Positions 38,632 to 47,566 of a DNA stretch of 63,886 nt are shown here, in pieces; the first letter of the stretch is position 1, and every line of letters starts with the position of its first letter. Position numbers and translations under genes: made by a program. The notes below the pieces were generated by a model. It searched no databases. It was given only the letters and a program-made list of their open reading frames with translations, and had not been told where the DNA came from. The DNA is from Sandaracinaceae bacterium (GTDB lineage Bacteria; Myxococcota_A; Polyangia; Polyangiales; Sandaracinaceae): contig JBGAQA010000035.1 of NCBI GenBank assembly GCA_044220955.1, positions 1 to 63,886 on the forward strand. Direction: 5' to 3'.

Positions 38632-39162
38632 GTGGAGCTGCGCTTCGTGCCGCCCGACTCCCGGCGCCTCGACGAGCTGCGCGCGGACGCGCTCGTCCTG
38701 TCGTACTTCGAGGAGGAGCGCCCGCTGCGCGGGCCGGCGAGCCTCGTGGACTGGCGCCTGTCGGGACAGCTCTCGAAGCTCCAGCTCCGCGGGCGCGTGC
38801 GCGGGCGCGCCCACGAGCGGGCCCTCCTGCCCGGACGCCCGCGCACGACCTTCGACAAGATCTTCCTCGTGGGCCTCGGCCCGGAGGCCGAGATGACGCC
38901 GGAGCGTGCGGAGGCGGCGTGCCGGGCCATCCTCGACATGCTCGACCGCTGCCTCGTCCGCTCTGCCGCGATGGTCCTTCCAGGACGCAGCACCGGCAAG
39001 CTCGGCGCCGAGACGGCGCTCGAGGTGTTCCTCCGCGCGTCGGCCGGCCCGCACGAGCAGGACGCCGTCACGCTCATCGAGGACGCCGACGCGCATCGCG
39101 CGCTCTTCCTCACCCTCGAGCGCGAGAGGCGCAAGGCGCGCGCGGCGAGCGCGGGTCAGTGA
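38632..39162 (+). CDS. Stand-alone M17 (leucyl aminopeptidase) N-terminal domain protein
   Basis: EERPLRG...VDWRLSGQLS, KIFLVGLG; no catalytic M17 domain. Confidence 0.7.
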   Translation: MELRFVPPDSRRLDELRADALVLSYFEEERPLRGPASLVDWRLSGQLSKLQLRGRVRGRAHERALLPGRPRTTFDKIFLVGLGPEAEMTPERAEAACRAILDMLDRCLVRSAAMVLPGRSTGKLGAETALEVFLRASAGPHEQDAVTLIEDADAHRALFLTLERERRKARAASAGQ

Positions 39163-39797
39163 CGCGCCACGCCTCGTGCGCGCGCGAGGCGTAGCGTGGC
39201 GCCGTCGAGCCACACGTCGACGATCTCGTAGACGGCGTACAGCGCGCCCGCGCCCAGCACGACCCGGAGGATCCGGCCGGGCGACGAGACCGCCATCAGC
39301 GCCAGGGTGGCCACGCGGCCCGGGCCCGAGAGCACGTCCCACGAGTTCAGGCGCTGCACGAGACCGAGGTAGACGCCGAGCGCGACGAGCGCGAAGAAAG
39401 GCGGGACGAGCGGCGCGAGCCGGAGCCCGGCCTCGCGGGCGACGTCCCGGACGGGTCGGATGGCCAGGCCGAAGCTCAGCGCGCCGGCCGCGCCGTAGAT
39501 CGCCAGGACCGCCCCGCGTCTCGCCAGCGCCCAGCGGGCCGCGCGGGAGACGTGCGCCTGCGACCAGAGGTCGTGCTGCTCGAGCGCGTCGAAGAAGTGG
39601 CGCACCTCGGTGAACAGGTACGCCGTGTTCGGCAGCACGAGCAGCCACGAGATCGCGATCAGCGCCAGCGGCAGGGCGAAGAGCGCGTCGCCCCTGGCCC
39701 GCTGCACCCGCGCCGTGAGCGCGAGCAGCCGGCCGAGCAGGACCGCGAGCCCCGCGAGGAACAGGTTCCATCCCAGATGCGCCAACCCACCGACCAT
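39156..39797 (-). CDS. DUF1361-like membrane protein
   Basis: WNLFLA, WLL.LPNT.YL.TE, GVYLG...RLNSWD. Confidence 0.78.
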   Translation of the reverse strand: MVGGLAHLGWNLFLAGLAVLLGRLLALTARVQRARGDALFALPLALIAISWLLVLPNTAYLFTEVRHFFDALEQHDLWSQAHVSRAARWALARRGAVLAIYGAAGALSFGLAIRPVRDVAREAGLRLAPLVPPFFALVALGVYLGLVQRLNSWDVLSGPGRVATLALMAVSSPGRILRVVLGAGALYAVYEIVDVWLDGATLRLARARGVARH

Positions 39798-39874
39798 GAC
39801 CGAAAGGTGTACGGTCCCGACGACCGACGCCTCCCCGTTCGCCCGTCACGAGCGACCGCTCGCCCGGCGCTGGA

Positions 39875-41974
39875 TCAGGTCGGCAGCAGCGTCGCGTTGA
39901 GCACGAAGCTCCCGACGTCGGTGTCCGCCGCGCCGTCCACGATCACCTGGTACGTCCCCGGCTCGAAGGTCCGGTCCACGTGGGTCGACGCGTCCCGGCC
40001 CGCGACGATCCGCTCACCGCAGCCGGTGACGACGCGTAGCACGGGAGCATGGACGCTCGAGACGAGGTCGAGCACGACGCGGCTGGTGCTCGCGACGTCG
40101 AGCTCGAAGACGACCTCGGGCGCGCTGCCGCCGCCGCACGCGTCGTTCCAGCGGAAGTGGTCGCCCTGCCCGGTCGTGTCCCCGGTGAACGAGCCCGAAG
40201 CCGAGATCACCCGCGCGCCCGCGCACGCCGCCCCGACGGGCTCCGTCCGGAGCGCGAGGTCGTACTCCATCGCGCCACCGCGTCCGTCGACCTCGAGGAG
40301 GTAGTGTCCGGGGTCGAGGATGCGCTCGAGCGACGCGCTGGGCTGGCACGTGTAGCCGTTCGTGCTCACGCACGCGGCCGGCGCGGTGTCCGGGTCGCAC
40401 GCCGTCCGCAGCGCGAGCTGTACGCCGGGCGCGTACGTCGAGGGTGGCGTGACGACCGGCGTGGCGACCAGGCGCACGCGACTGCGCGTCGCGAGATCGA
40501 ACGCGTGCACGCGCTCGGGCGATGCGAACGGCGCGCCCGAGCAGTCCAGGCCGAACGCGTCGGCGCCCCCTTCCGTGGTGGCGTGCACGCTGGCGCCATC
40601 GATCAAGGCCGCGCCGTCGCACGTCGCGGTGGCGGAGGGCGTCGCAGCGAGCGTGAGGTCGAACGGGATCGCCAGCGCCATCCACCCGAACTGATCGCGC
40701 GCCTGGACCTCGATGGTGTAGGTGCCGGGGGCGAGCCGCCGGAGGTCGAGCGTGTGGTCGCGCGAGCCACCGAAGAAGCCGCCCGCCGGATCCCACACGT
40801 AGCAACCGCCGCCGCTCGAGAGCGCGCCGACCGCCGTGGTCGCGTCCCCGCACGCTCGCTCGACGATCAGGTTGTGCCAGATCTGGTGCATCGCCGGCGG
40901 AGGCGGCGGGCAGCCCGGGCAAGTCGGCGTGGAGGAGGTGGGCAGATCGTCGAGGTGGAGCGAGACCGTGACGTCGGAGAGCGTCGTCACGGAGAACGTG
41001 TAGAAGAGGCTCGCGCCGCAGCCCATCGCGGTGGGCCCGCTCGCCGAGCTCACGACGATTCCGTGCGTCGTGTCGGGCAGGGCGAGCATCGCGGCCCCCT
41101 CGCACATCGTGTTGTGGCTCGCGCAGGTGGAGTCCGTCCCGTCGGTCAGTCCGTCGCAGTCGTCGTCGACGCCGTTGTCGCAGAGCTCCGTCGCGCCGCC
41201 GTGTACGGCTGCGTTGGCGTCGTCGCAGTCGTCACCCGCGGTCGGCCAGCAGTAGATCGAGCCGTGTCCGTCGCCGTCCCAGTCCATGCACGTCGACGTC
41301 CCGCAGCCGGCGATCGCCTCGTGCGCGCACGTGTGCGCCGCGGTGTCGCACGTGTCGGTGGTGCAGCGATCGTAGTCGCCGCAGTCGGTGTCGCGGAAGC
41401 AGCACGTGCCGAGCGAGCCCCACGCGCACGTGCCCGAGTTGCACTGGTCGCCGGTGCACGGGTTGTTGTCGTCGCAGTCGCTCGGCGAAGAGCAGAACGG
41501 ATCGTTCGGGAAGTTGGAGCAGGCGCGCGTGTAGGTGTCGCAGACGTCGCTCGTCGCCGGGTTCGCGTCGTCGCACTCCGCGTCGCTGCGGCAGCCCGCG
41601 CAGTCGGGGATCGGCGCGAAGACGCAGGCGCCGCTCACGCAGGCGTCGCTCGTGCACGCGTCCCAGTCGGTGCAGTCCCAGTCGGCGGTGCAGCCGCTCG
41701 CCTCGTGGGTGCACGTGCCGCCGACGCAGAGATCGGCCGTGCGCGCGTCGCCGTCGTCGCACTCGACGTCGCTCCGGCAGTCCATCGGCGTCGCCCACGC
41801 GTCGCGCTGCGGACGCGCGGCGTCGTCCCCGGGCAGCACGGCGGCGTCGCCCATCGGCAGGCCCGTGCCCGCGTCGGGCTCCGGCAGCGCGCCCGGATCG
41901 ACGCATCCGAGCGACAGACAGAGCGATGCGAGCGCGGCGCACACGTGCGCCGACGCGAGACGAGACCGCGACAT
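39875..41974 (-). CDS. Cys-rich lipoprotein with Ca-binding-type repeats, MopE-related motif and PPC-like domains
   Basis: Lipobox SLGC; five C..D..C.D....T.D.C repeats; DCDDANAAVHGGATELCDNGVDDDCDG. Confidence 0.8.
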   Translation of the reverse strand: MSRSRLASAHVCAALASLCLSLGCVDPGALPEPDAGTGLPMGDAAVLPGDDAARPQRDAWATPMDCRSDVECDDGDARTADLCVGGTCTHEASGCTADWDCTDWDACTSDACVSGACVFAPIPDCAGCRSDAECDDANPATSDVCDTYTRACSNFPNDPFCSSPSDCDDNNPCTGDQCNSGTCAWGSLGTCCFRDTDCGDYDRCTTDTCDTAAHTCAHEAIAGCGTSTCMDWDGDGHGSIYCWPTAGDDCDDANAAVHGGATELCDNGVDDDCDGLTDGTDSTCASHNTMCEGAAMLALPDTTHGIVVSSASGPTAMGCGASLFYTFSVTTLSDVTVSLHLDDLPTSSTPTCPGCPPPPPAMHQIWHNLIVERACGDATTAVGALSSGGGCYVWDPAGGFFGGSRDHTLDLRRLAPGTYTIEVQARDQFGWMALAIPFDLTLAATPSATATCDGAALIDGASVHATTEGGADAFGLDCSGAPFASPERVHAFDLATRSRVRLVATPVVTPPSTYAPGVQLALRTACDPDTAPAACVSTNGYTCQPSASLERILDPGHYLLEVDGRGGAMEYDLALRTEPVGAACAGARVISASGSFTGDTTGQGDHFRWNDACGGGSAPEVVFELDVASTSRVVLDLVSSVHAPVLRVVTGCGERIVAGRDASTHVDRTFEPGTYQVIVDGAADTDVGSFVLNATLLPT

Positions 41975-42162
41975 GGGATCCTCCGTGCGGGCGACGGCGC
42001 GGATCACGCGCGATCCCCGCGCCCGAGCGGGGACCACGGATGCTTCGACCCGAGCCGCCTGACCGTTGCGGCCACAGCGGCAGGCATTCAGCGCCGCGAC
42101 GCCGCCGAGAGATCGAAGTCCATCGCTGAGTCGACGACGGGGCGGCCTCCGCCGCGGGAAGC

Positions 42163-43053
42163 TCAGCGGACCTGGTTGCGGCCGCCGCGCTTGGCGTCGT
42201 AGAGCCGCTCGTCCGCGAGGCGCACGAGATCGTCGACCTCCTTGGCCTCGGGCACCCACTCGGTGACGCCGAGGCTGACCGTGACCGGGATCACGGTGCC
42301 CTCGAAGCGGAAGCTCGTCTCCTCCACCGCCCGCCGCACCTTCTCCGCGAGCTGGAGCGCGCCCTCGAGCGCGACCTCCGGCAGGATGATCGCGAACTCC
42401 TCACCGCCCGTGCGGGCCGGGATGTCGGTGTGGCGCACGCGCCCCTTCACCAGCGCACCGAGCTGCCGCAGCACCGAGTCGCCGGCGAGGTGGCCGTAGG
42501 TGTCGTTGATCTTCTTGAAGTGATCGATGTCGAAGAGAACGAGCGAGAACGTGCGCTCGTAGCGCTTCGCTCGCGAGAGCTCCTTCTCCATCGCCTCGGT
42601 GAAGTAGCGCTTGTTGTGCAGGTCGGTGAGCCCGTCCACCGTCATCAGGCGGTAGATCTCCTCGTAGTAGACCGACTCGACGTTGCCGCCGACGATGAAC
42701 TTGAAGATCGTGCGGCCGATCTTGAGCTGGTCCCCGTCGCGCAGCATCGTCTCCTCGACGAGCTCGTCGTTGACGTAGGTGCCGTTCGTCGAGCCCAGGT
42801 CGGCGATGGAGTAGCCGCTCGGGCCCTTGGTGATCCGCGCGTGGTTGCGCGAGACGGACTCCTGGTCGACCTGGACGTCGCACTTGCTCGACCGGCCGAT
42901 GATGCAGGGCTCGTTGCCCAGCGGGATGCGCCGCCCGAGATCCTCGCCGTAGATGATGACCAGGCAGGCCTCGCGCTGCTCCTTGGCCTTCGGCGCCTGG
43001 GCGATCACGGTGACGACCGTTTTGTTCGGATTGGTCGTCCGTTCGTCGTCCAT
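42163..43053 (-). CDS. FHA-GGDEF diguanylate cyclase
   Basis: IGRS, VSRNHA, DLGSTNGT (FHA); DGLT, DIDHFKKIND.YGH, RxxD I-site (RHTD), GGEEF. Confidence 0.94.
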   Translation of the reverse strand: MDDERTTNPNKTVVTVIAQAPKAKEQREACLVIIYGEDLGRRIPLGNEPCIIGRSSKCDVQVDQESVSRNHARITKGPSGYSIADLGSTNGTYVNDELVEETMLRDGDQLKIGRTIFKFIVGGNVESVYYEEIYRLMTVDGLTDLHNKRYFTEAMEKELSRAKRYERTFSLVLFDIDHFKKINDTYGHLAGDSVLRQLGALVKGRVRHTDIPARTGGEEFAIILPEVALEGALQLAEKVRRAVEETSFRFEGTVIPVTVSLGVTEWVPEAKEVDDLVRLADERLYDAKRGGRNQVR

Positions 43054-43128
43054 GGCCCAGTTGGGCAGTATCGCCGGATTCCGCGATGGCGCCAAGCGGA
43101 GCCGACACGCCCCCGATCCGGCGATATC

Positions 43129-43158
43129 TTGACCAGCCGTTCAGGTCCTCCCTAGGGT
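43129..43158 (+). promoter_or_regulatory. Putative sigma70-type promoter for a leaderless PBP mRNA
   Basis: TTGACC-N18-TAGGGT, 6 nt before the GTG start at 43165. Confidence 0.45.
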
Positions 43159-43164
43159 CCCGTC

Positions 43165-44394
43165 GTGCGCAAGTTGCTGCGGCTCGCATGCGTGGCGTGG
43201 CTCGCTGGGGTGGTCGTGCTCGGGCGGAGCGACGGGCTCCGCGCCGAGGAGACCGAGCCCGGCACGGAGGCGAGCGTCACGCCGGCGCCGACGCCCGCGC
43301 CGCGCCGCGCTGCGCGGCCGCCGGCGCTGCGCCACCTCGATCCGCGGGTCCACCGCGAGGAGGACGGCGCCCTGCTCGCCGATCTCCCCGGCGACCAGAC
43401 CGCGCTCCTCACGTTGGACGCGCGACTGCAGGCCTCGATGGAGGCGTACTTCGAGCGCTACGAGGTGCCCTACGCGGGGCTCGTCGCGATCGAGCCGAGC
43501 ACCGGGCGGGTGCTGGCCTACGTGAGCCACTCGAGCGCCGATCCCGACGCCGGGGACATGGCGCGCGACGCGAGCGCCCCGGCGGCGAGCGTGTTCAAGA
43601 TCGTCACGGCCTCGGCGCTCCTCGAGGCGGGCGTGCTGCCGGGCACCGAGGTCTGCTACCACGGCGGGGCGAGCAGCATCTCGCTGGCGCTCCTGACGCC
43701 CGACCCCGTGCACGACACCGCCTGCGCGAGCCTCTCGGCCGCGCTCGGCCGCTCGCTCAACGTCGTCTTCGCGCGCCTGGCCGACCAGAACCTCGACCCG
43801 GCCTCGCTCGGCCGCTTTGCTTCGGCGTACGGCTTCGGCGAGGCGCTTCCGTTCGACGTGCCGACCCACGAGAGCGAGATCGACATCCCGAGCGATCGGC
43901 TCGAGTTCGCCCGCACCGCCGCGGGGTTCTGGCACTCGCACCTCTCACCGCTCCATGGCGCGCTCATCGCGGCGACGATCGCGAACGAGGGGCGAATGCC
44001 CCGGGCGAGCATGGTGGACCGCGTGCTCGACGAGGAAGGCCACGTCACGTACGAGACGCGCCCCGAGACGTTCCGATCGGTCGTCGGCGCGCGCACCGCC
44101 CGGCTCGTCGGCCAGATGATGCAGCGCACGGTCTCCGAGGGTACGGCCCGGCGCGCGTTCCACGACGACCACGGCCGCCCGTTCCTCCCCGGGATGGACG
44201 TCGCGGGCAAGACCGGGACCCTGAGCAGCGAGCGCCCCTATCGCGGCTACACCTGGTGGGTCGGGTTCGCGCCGGCGGACGAGCCGCGCATCGCGCTCGC
44301 CGCCCTGGTGATCAACACGCCGCGCTGGCGCATCAAGGCGAGCCACGCCGCGGTCGAGGCGCTGCGACAGTACCTCGTGGTCGAGCATCGCTGA
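43165..44394 (+). CDS. Penicillin-binding transpeptidase-domain protein
   Basis: SxxK (ASVFK), SxN (SLN), KTG (GKTGT); N-terminal signal/anchor. Confidence 0.9.
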   Translation: MRKLLRLACVAWLAGVVVLGRSDGLRAEETEPGTEASVTPAPTPAPRRAARPPALRHLDPRVHREEDGALLADLPGDQTALLTLDARLQASMEAYFERYEVPYAGLVAIEPSTGRVLAYVSHSSADPDAGDMARDASAPAASVFKIVTASALLEAGVLPGTEVCYHGGASSISLALLTPDPVHDTACASLSAALGRSLNVVFARLADQNLDPASLGRFASAYGFGEALPFDVPTHESEIDIPSDRLEFARTAAGFWHSHLSPLHGALIAATIANEGRMPRASMVDRVLDEEGHVTYETRPETFRSVVGARTARLVGQMMQRTVSEGTARRAFHDDHGRPFLPGMDVAGKTGTLSSERPYRGYTWWVGFAPADEPRIALAALVINTPRWRIKASHAAVEALRQYLVVEHR

Positions 44395-44406
44395 CCCGGC
44401 CGACCG

Positions 44407-44472
44407 CGAAACGCGCACCTACCCGCCAGACACAAGTGATTCCGGTCGGTTAGGTGGGTGTGGAGTGACCCC
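44407..44472 (-). repeat. Dispersed 66-bp intergenic element, copy 2
   Basis: Reverse complement reads GGGGTCACTCCACACCCACCTAACC...GCGGGTAGGTGCGCGTTTCG; begins 2 nt after the pilT-like stop. Confidence 0.85.
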
Positions 44473-44474
44473 GA

Positions 44475-45515
44475 TCAGCTGAGGGCGAGGCGGGCGTCCT
44501 CGACGGTGATCTTCTGCTGCTTGACCAGCTCGCGCAGGTGCATCTCGAACGTCTGCATCTGGTAGGGATGAACGCCCTTCTCCATGATCTCCTTGAGCGT
44601 CGGGTTGCCCTCGGGACGGCGGATGGACTCGCGCGCGGTGGGCGTGACGATGAGGATCTCGGCCGCGAGCACGAGGCCGCGGCCCTCGGCGACCGGGATC
44701 AGGCGCTGCGCGATGATCGCCTTCAGGTTGTCCGCGAGCCGCTCGCGCGTCTCCTGTACGTCGTGCTTCTCCGAGAGGGCGAGGATGCGGCCGACGGTGC
44801 GACTGACGTCCGGCGTGTGGAGCGTCGAGAGCACCAGGTGGCCCGTCTCGGCGGCCTTGAGGCCGATGTCCATGGTCTCTTCGTCGCGGATCTCGCCGAC
44901 CAGGATCACGTCCGGGTCCTGCCGGAGGGCGGCGCGGAGCGCGCTCGCGAAGTCGACCGTGTCCTCGCCGACCTCGCGCTGCGAGACCGACGCGAGGTTG
45001 TCGGAGTGGATGAACTCGATCGGGTCCTCGATCGTGACGATGTGGACCCGCTTCGTCTCGTTGATCATGCCGATCAGCGCCGCGAGCGTGCTCGACTTGC
45101 CGTTGCCCGCGGCGCCCACGACGAGCACCATGCCGCGCTCGAGCGCCGCGAGGGTCTCCACGACGGGCGGCACGCCCAGGTCGGCGAGCATCGGGATGGA
45201 GAGCGGGATCGATCGCATGGCGATCGCGAGCGTCCCGCGCTGCCGGTAGACGTTGACTCGGTAGCGCCCCACGCCGGGCACGCCGTAGGACGTGTCGTAC
45301 TGCTGCAGATCCTCGATCGCCCCCTTGTAGCGGCTCTTCTTGATGATCACCTCCGCGAGATCGCGGGTGTGCTGCGGCGTGAGCTTGTCCCCTTGCAGGT
45401 AGTGCAGGTCGCCGGAAACGCGGAAGGCCGGGGGCTGCCCGACCTTCAGCAAGATGTCGCTGGCCTTGTACTGCTGGCCCTTCTTCAGGAGCGTGTGGAG
45501 CGTCGCCTCGTCCAT
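44475..45515 (-). CDS. PilT/PilU-family type IV pilus retraction ATPase paralog
   Basis: ASDI, RVNVYRQRG, GAAGNGKSST, TIEDPIE, QREVG, LRQDPDVILVGEIRD, ETGHLVLSTLH. Confidence 0.92.
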   Translation of the reverse strand: MDEATLHTLLKKGQQYKASDILLKVGQPPAFRVSGDLHYLQGDKLTPQHTRDLAEVIIKKSRYKGAIEDLQQYDTSYGVPGVGRYRVNVYRQRGTLAIAMRSIPLSIPMLADLGVPPVVETLAALERGMVLVVGAAGNGKSSTLAALIGMINETKRVHIVTIEDPIEFIHSDNLASVSQREVGEDTVDFASALRAALRQDPDVILVGEIRDEETMDIGLKAAETGHLVLSTLHTPDVSRTVGRILALSEKHDVQETRERLADNLKAIIAQRLIPVAEGRGLVLAAEILIVTPTARESIRRPEGNPTLKEIMEKGVHPYQMQTFEMHLRELVKQQKITVEDARLALS

Positions 45516-45534
45516 CGAGGCGAATCATAGACGC

Positions 45535-46308
45535 TCAGGAACGCCGGCGAACGACGATCGTGTTCATGTGCTCGCTCTCCTCGAACTGGTGGCGGTAGCT
45601 CGTCGCGCTCGCCATCGTCTCGAAGGGCCCGATGCGGACGCGGTACACGGTGCCGCGACCGGGGACCTCGGCCTGCAGCACGTAGGCGCGGTGCCCCCGA
45701 GCACGGAGCCCCGCCGCGAACGCGTGCGCGCCCTCCGGGCTGTCGTAGGAGATCACCTGGACGGTGAACTCGCCGTCGTGCCCCTCGGGCGCGGCCTCGC
45801 CGACCCGCGCCTCGGGGATCGCGTCGCGAACCATCGGGTCGGCCACCGCGACCCGCGCGAGCGTCGTCGCGTCCGTCGTCGCCGCCACCGAGGCGGGCAG
45901 CACCGCGGGGATTCGCGCCGCGAGATCCGCCGCGGTCGCCGCCGGGAGCGGATCGGGGTGTGCGAGCTCGGCACCGGCCGCCGCCAGGGCCGCGGCGACC
46001 TCCGGCCGATCCCCCTCGCCGCTCAGACGACCGGGGAAGGTGAGATCCTGGGGATCGACGCGCTGATCGGCCGCCGGTGCGTCCGAGGGCCCCTCCGGGA
46101 CCGACGCCGGCTCGACCCGCGCGAGCGCGGCCAGGGGGTCGTCCGCCTCCGCCGACGCGGGCGCGGTGGCGCCCACCTCGAGGAAGAGCGCCAGCACCAG
46201 GACCATCGTCGACCCCGCGGCCAGCCCGAGCAGCGCCATCTTGCGAACACCCGACTCGGCGTCGCCATGCTCTCGGATCAGGTTCAGATCACGCATCGAT
46301 CCATCCAT
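45535..46308 (-). CDS. SPOR-domain membrane protein (FtsN/DedD-like)
   Basis: N-terminal TM; FTVQVISY...YRVRIGPF; AGGAGG SD 6 nt upstream of the ATG. Confidence 0.85.
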   Translation of the reverse strand: MDGSMRDLNLIREHGDAESGVRKMALLGLAAGSTMVLVLALFLEVGATAPASAEADDPLAALARVEPASVPEGPSDAPAADQRVDPQDLTFPGRLSGEGDRPEVAAALAAAGAELAHPDPLPAATAADLAARIPAVLPASVAATTDATTLARVAVADPMVRDAIPEARVGEAAPEGHDGEFTVQVISYDSPEGAHAFAAGLRARGHRAYVLQAEVPGRGTVYRVRIGPFETMASATSYRHQFEESEHMNTIVVRRRS

Positions 46309-46394
46309 CGCCCGCCTCCTACACTAGGAGCCAATGTGGATGGATGTAGGTCCGATGCCTACGGTCGGTCAAAATAAGCGCGCGTGCTCCGAGT

Positions 46395-47540
46395 TCAGTG
46401 GCGCACCCCCGCCGGCTCGGTGACCACCGTGCTCGCGTCGAGGACGACCTGCTCGACCACCTCGAGGCCGTAGCCCTCGACGGCCGCGATGCGACGGGGC
46501 CGCTGGGTGATGAGCCGGATGCGACGGACGCCGAGCGTCCGCAGCACCTGCGCCCCGAGCCCGTACTCGCGCAGCACCTCGCCCGTCTCGACCGTGCGCG
46601 GCGCGGGCGGGCGCCCGACGCGGACTCCGAGATCGAGCGCGAGGTCGACAGGCCCGGGGATGAACACGATGACACCCCTGCCCTCCCCCTCGATGCGCGC
46701 GATCGCTTCCCGCACGTCCACGCGGCCGGGGACGGCGATCCCGAAGACGTCCGAGAGCACGCTGCCCGTGTGCATCCGCACGAGCGTCGGCGTCTCGTCG
46801 ATCGTGCCGAGGGTGAGCGCGAGGAACTCGCGGCCGTCGTGCGCCGGCGAGAAGACGTGCGCGCGCCACGTGCGGCCGCTCGGCAGCACCACGGAGCCGG
46901 CGACGCGCTCCTCCATCATCGGCTCGTGCTGGAGGCGGTACTGGATCAGATCGGCGATGGTGAGGATGCGCAGGCCGTGCGCCTCGGCGAACGCCACGAG
47001 ATCGGGCATGCGGGCCATGGTGCCGTCGTCGTTCATGATCTCGCAGATCACACCCGCCGGCTCGAGCCCCGCGAGGCGCGCGAGGTCGACCGACCCTTCG
47101 GTGTGTCCGGTGCGCTGAAGGACTCCGCCGGGCCGCGCGCGCAGCGGGAACACGTGGCCAGGGCTCACGATGTCGCTCGGACCACTGCGCGGATCGACCG
47201 CCACCTGCACGGTGCGCGCACGGTCGGCCGCGCTGATGCCGGTCGTCACGCCCGTGCGGGCCTCGATCGAGACGGTGAACGCCGTCGTCCGGGCCGACTG
47301 GTTGTCGCTCGTCATCATGGGCAGGTCGAGGCGCTTCACCTGCTCCTCGGTCAGCGTCAGGCAGATCAGCCCGCGCGCGTGCTTGGCCATGAAGTTCACG
47401 GCCTCCGGGGTGCACTTCTCGGCAGCGAGCACGAGGTCGCCCTCGTTCTCGCGATCCTCGTCGTCGACGAGGATCACCATCCGCCCCAGGCGGACGTCTT
47501 CGAGGGCTCGGTGGACTCTCTCGGTCGCGCTCGTTCGCAT
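46395..47540 (-). CDS. ribB: 3,4-dihydroxy-2-butanone-4-phosphate synthase fused to a degenerate GTP cyclohydrolase II domain
   Basis: [41 protein letters not shown]; the C-terminal domain lacks the Zn-binding Cys residues. Confidence 0.92.
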   Translation of the reverse strand: MRTSATERVHRALEDVRLGRMVILVDDEDRENEGDLVLAAEKCTPEAVNFMAKHARGLICLTLTEEQVKRLDLPMMTSDNQSARTTAFTVSIEARTGVTTGISAADRARTVQVAVDPRSGPSDIVSPGHVFPLRARPGGVLQRTGHTEGSVDLARLAGLEPAGVICEIMNDDGTMARMPDLVAFAEAHGLRILTIADLIQYRLQHEPMMEERVAGSVVLPSGRTWRAHVFSPAHDGREFLALTLGTIDETPTLVRMHTGSVLSDVFGIAVPGRVDVREAIARIEGEGRGVIVFIPGPVDLALDLGVRVGRPPAPRTVETGEVLREYGLGAQVLRTLGVRRIRLITQRPRRIAAVEGYGLEVVEQVVLDASTVVTEPAGVRH

Positions 47541-47566
47541 CGCGTCGTTCTCCAGGGGAGCGGGGC

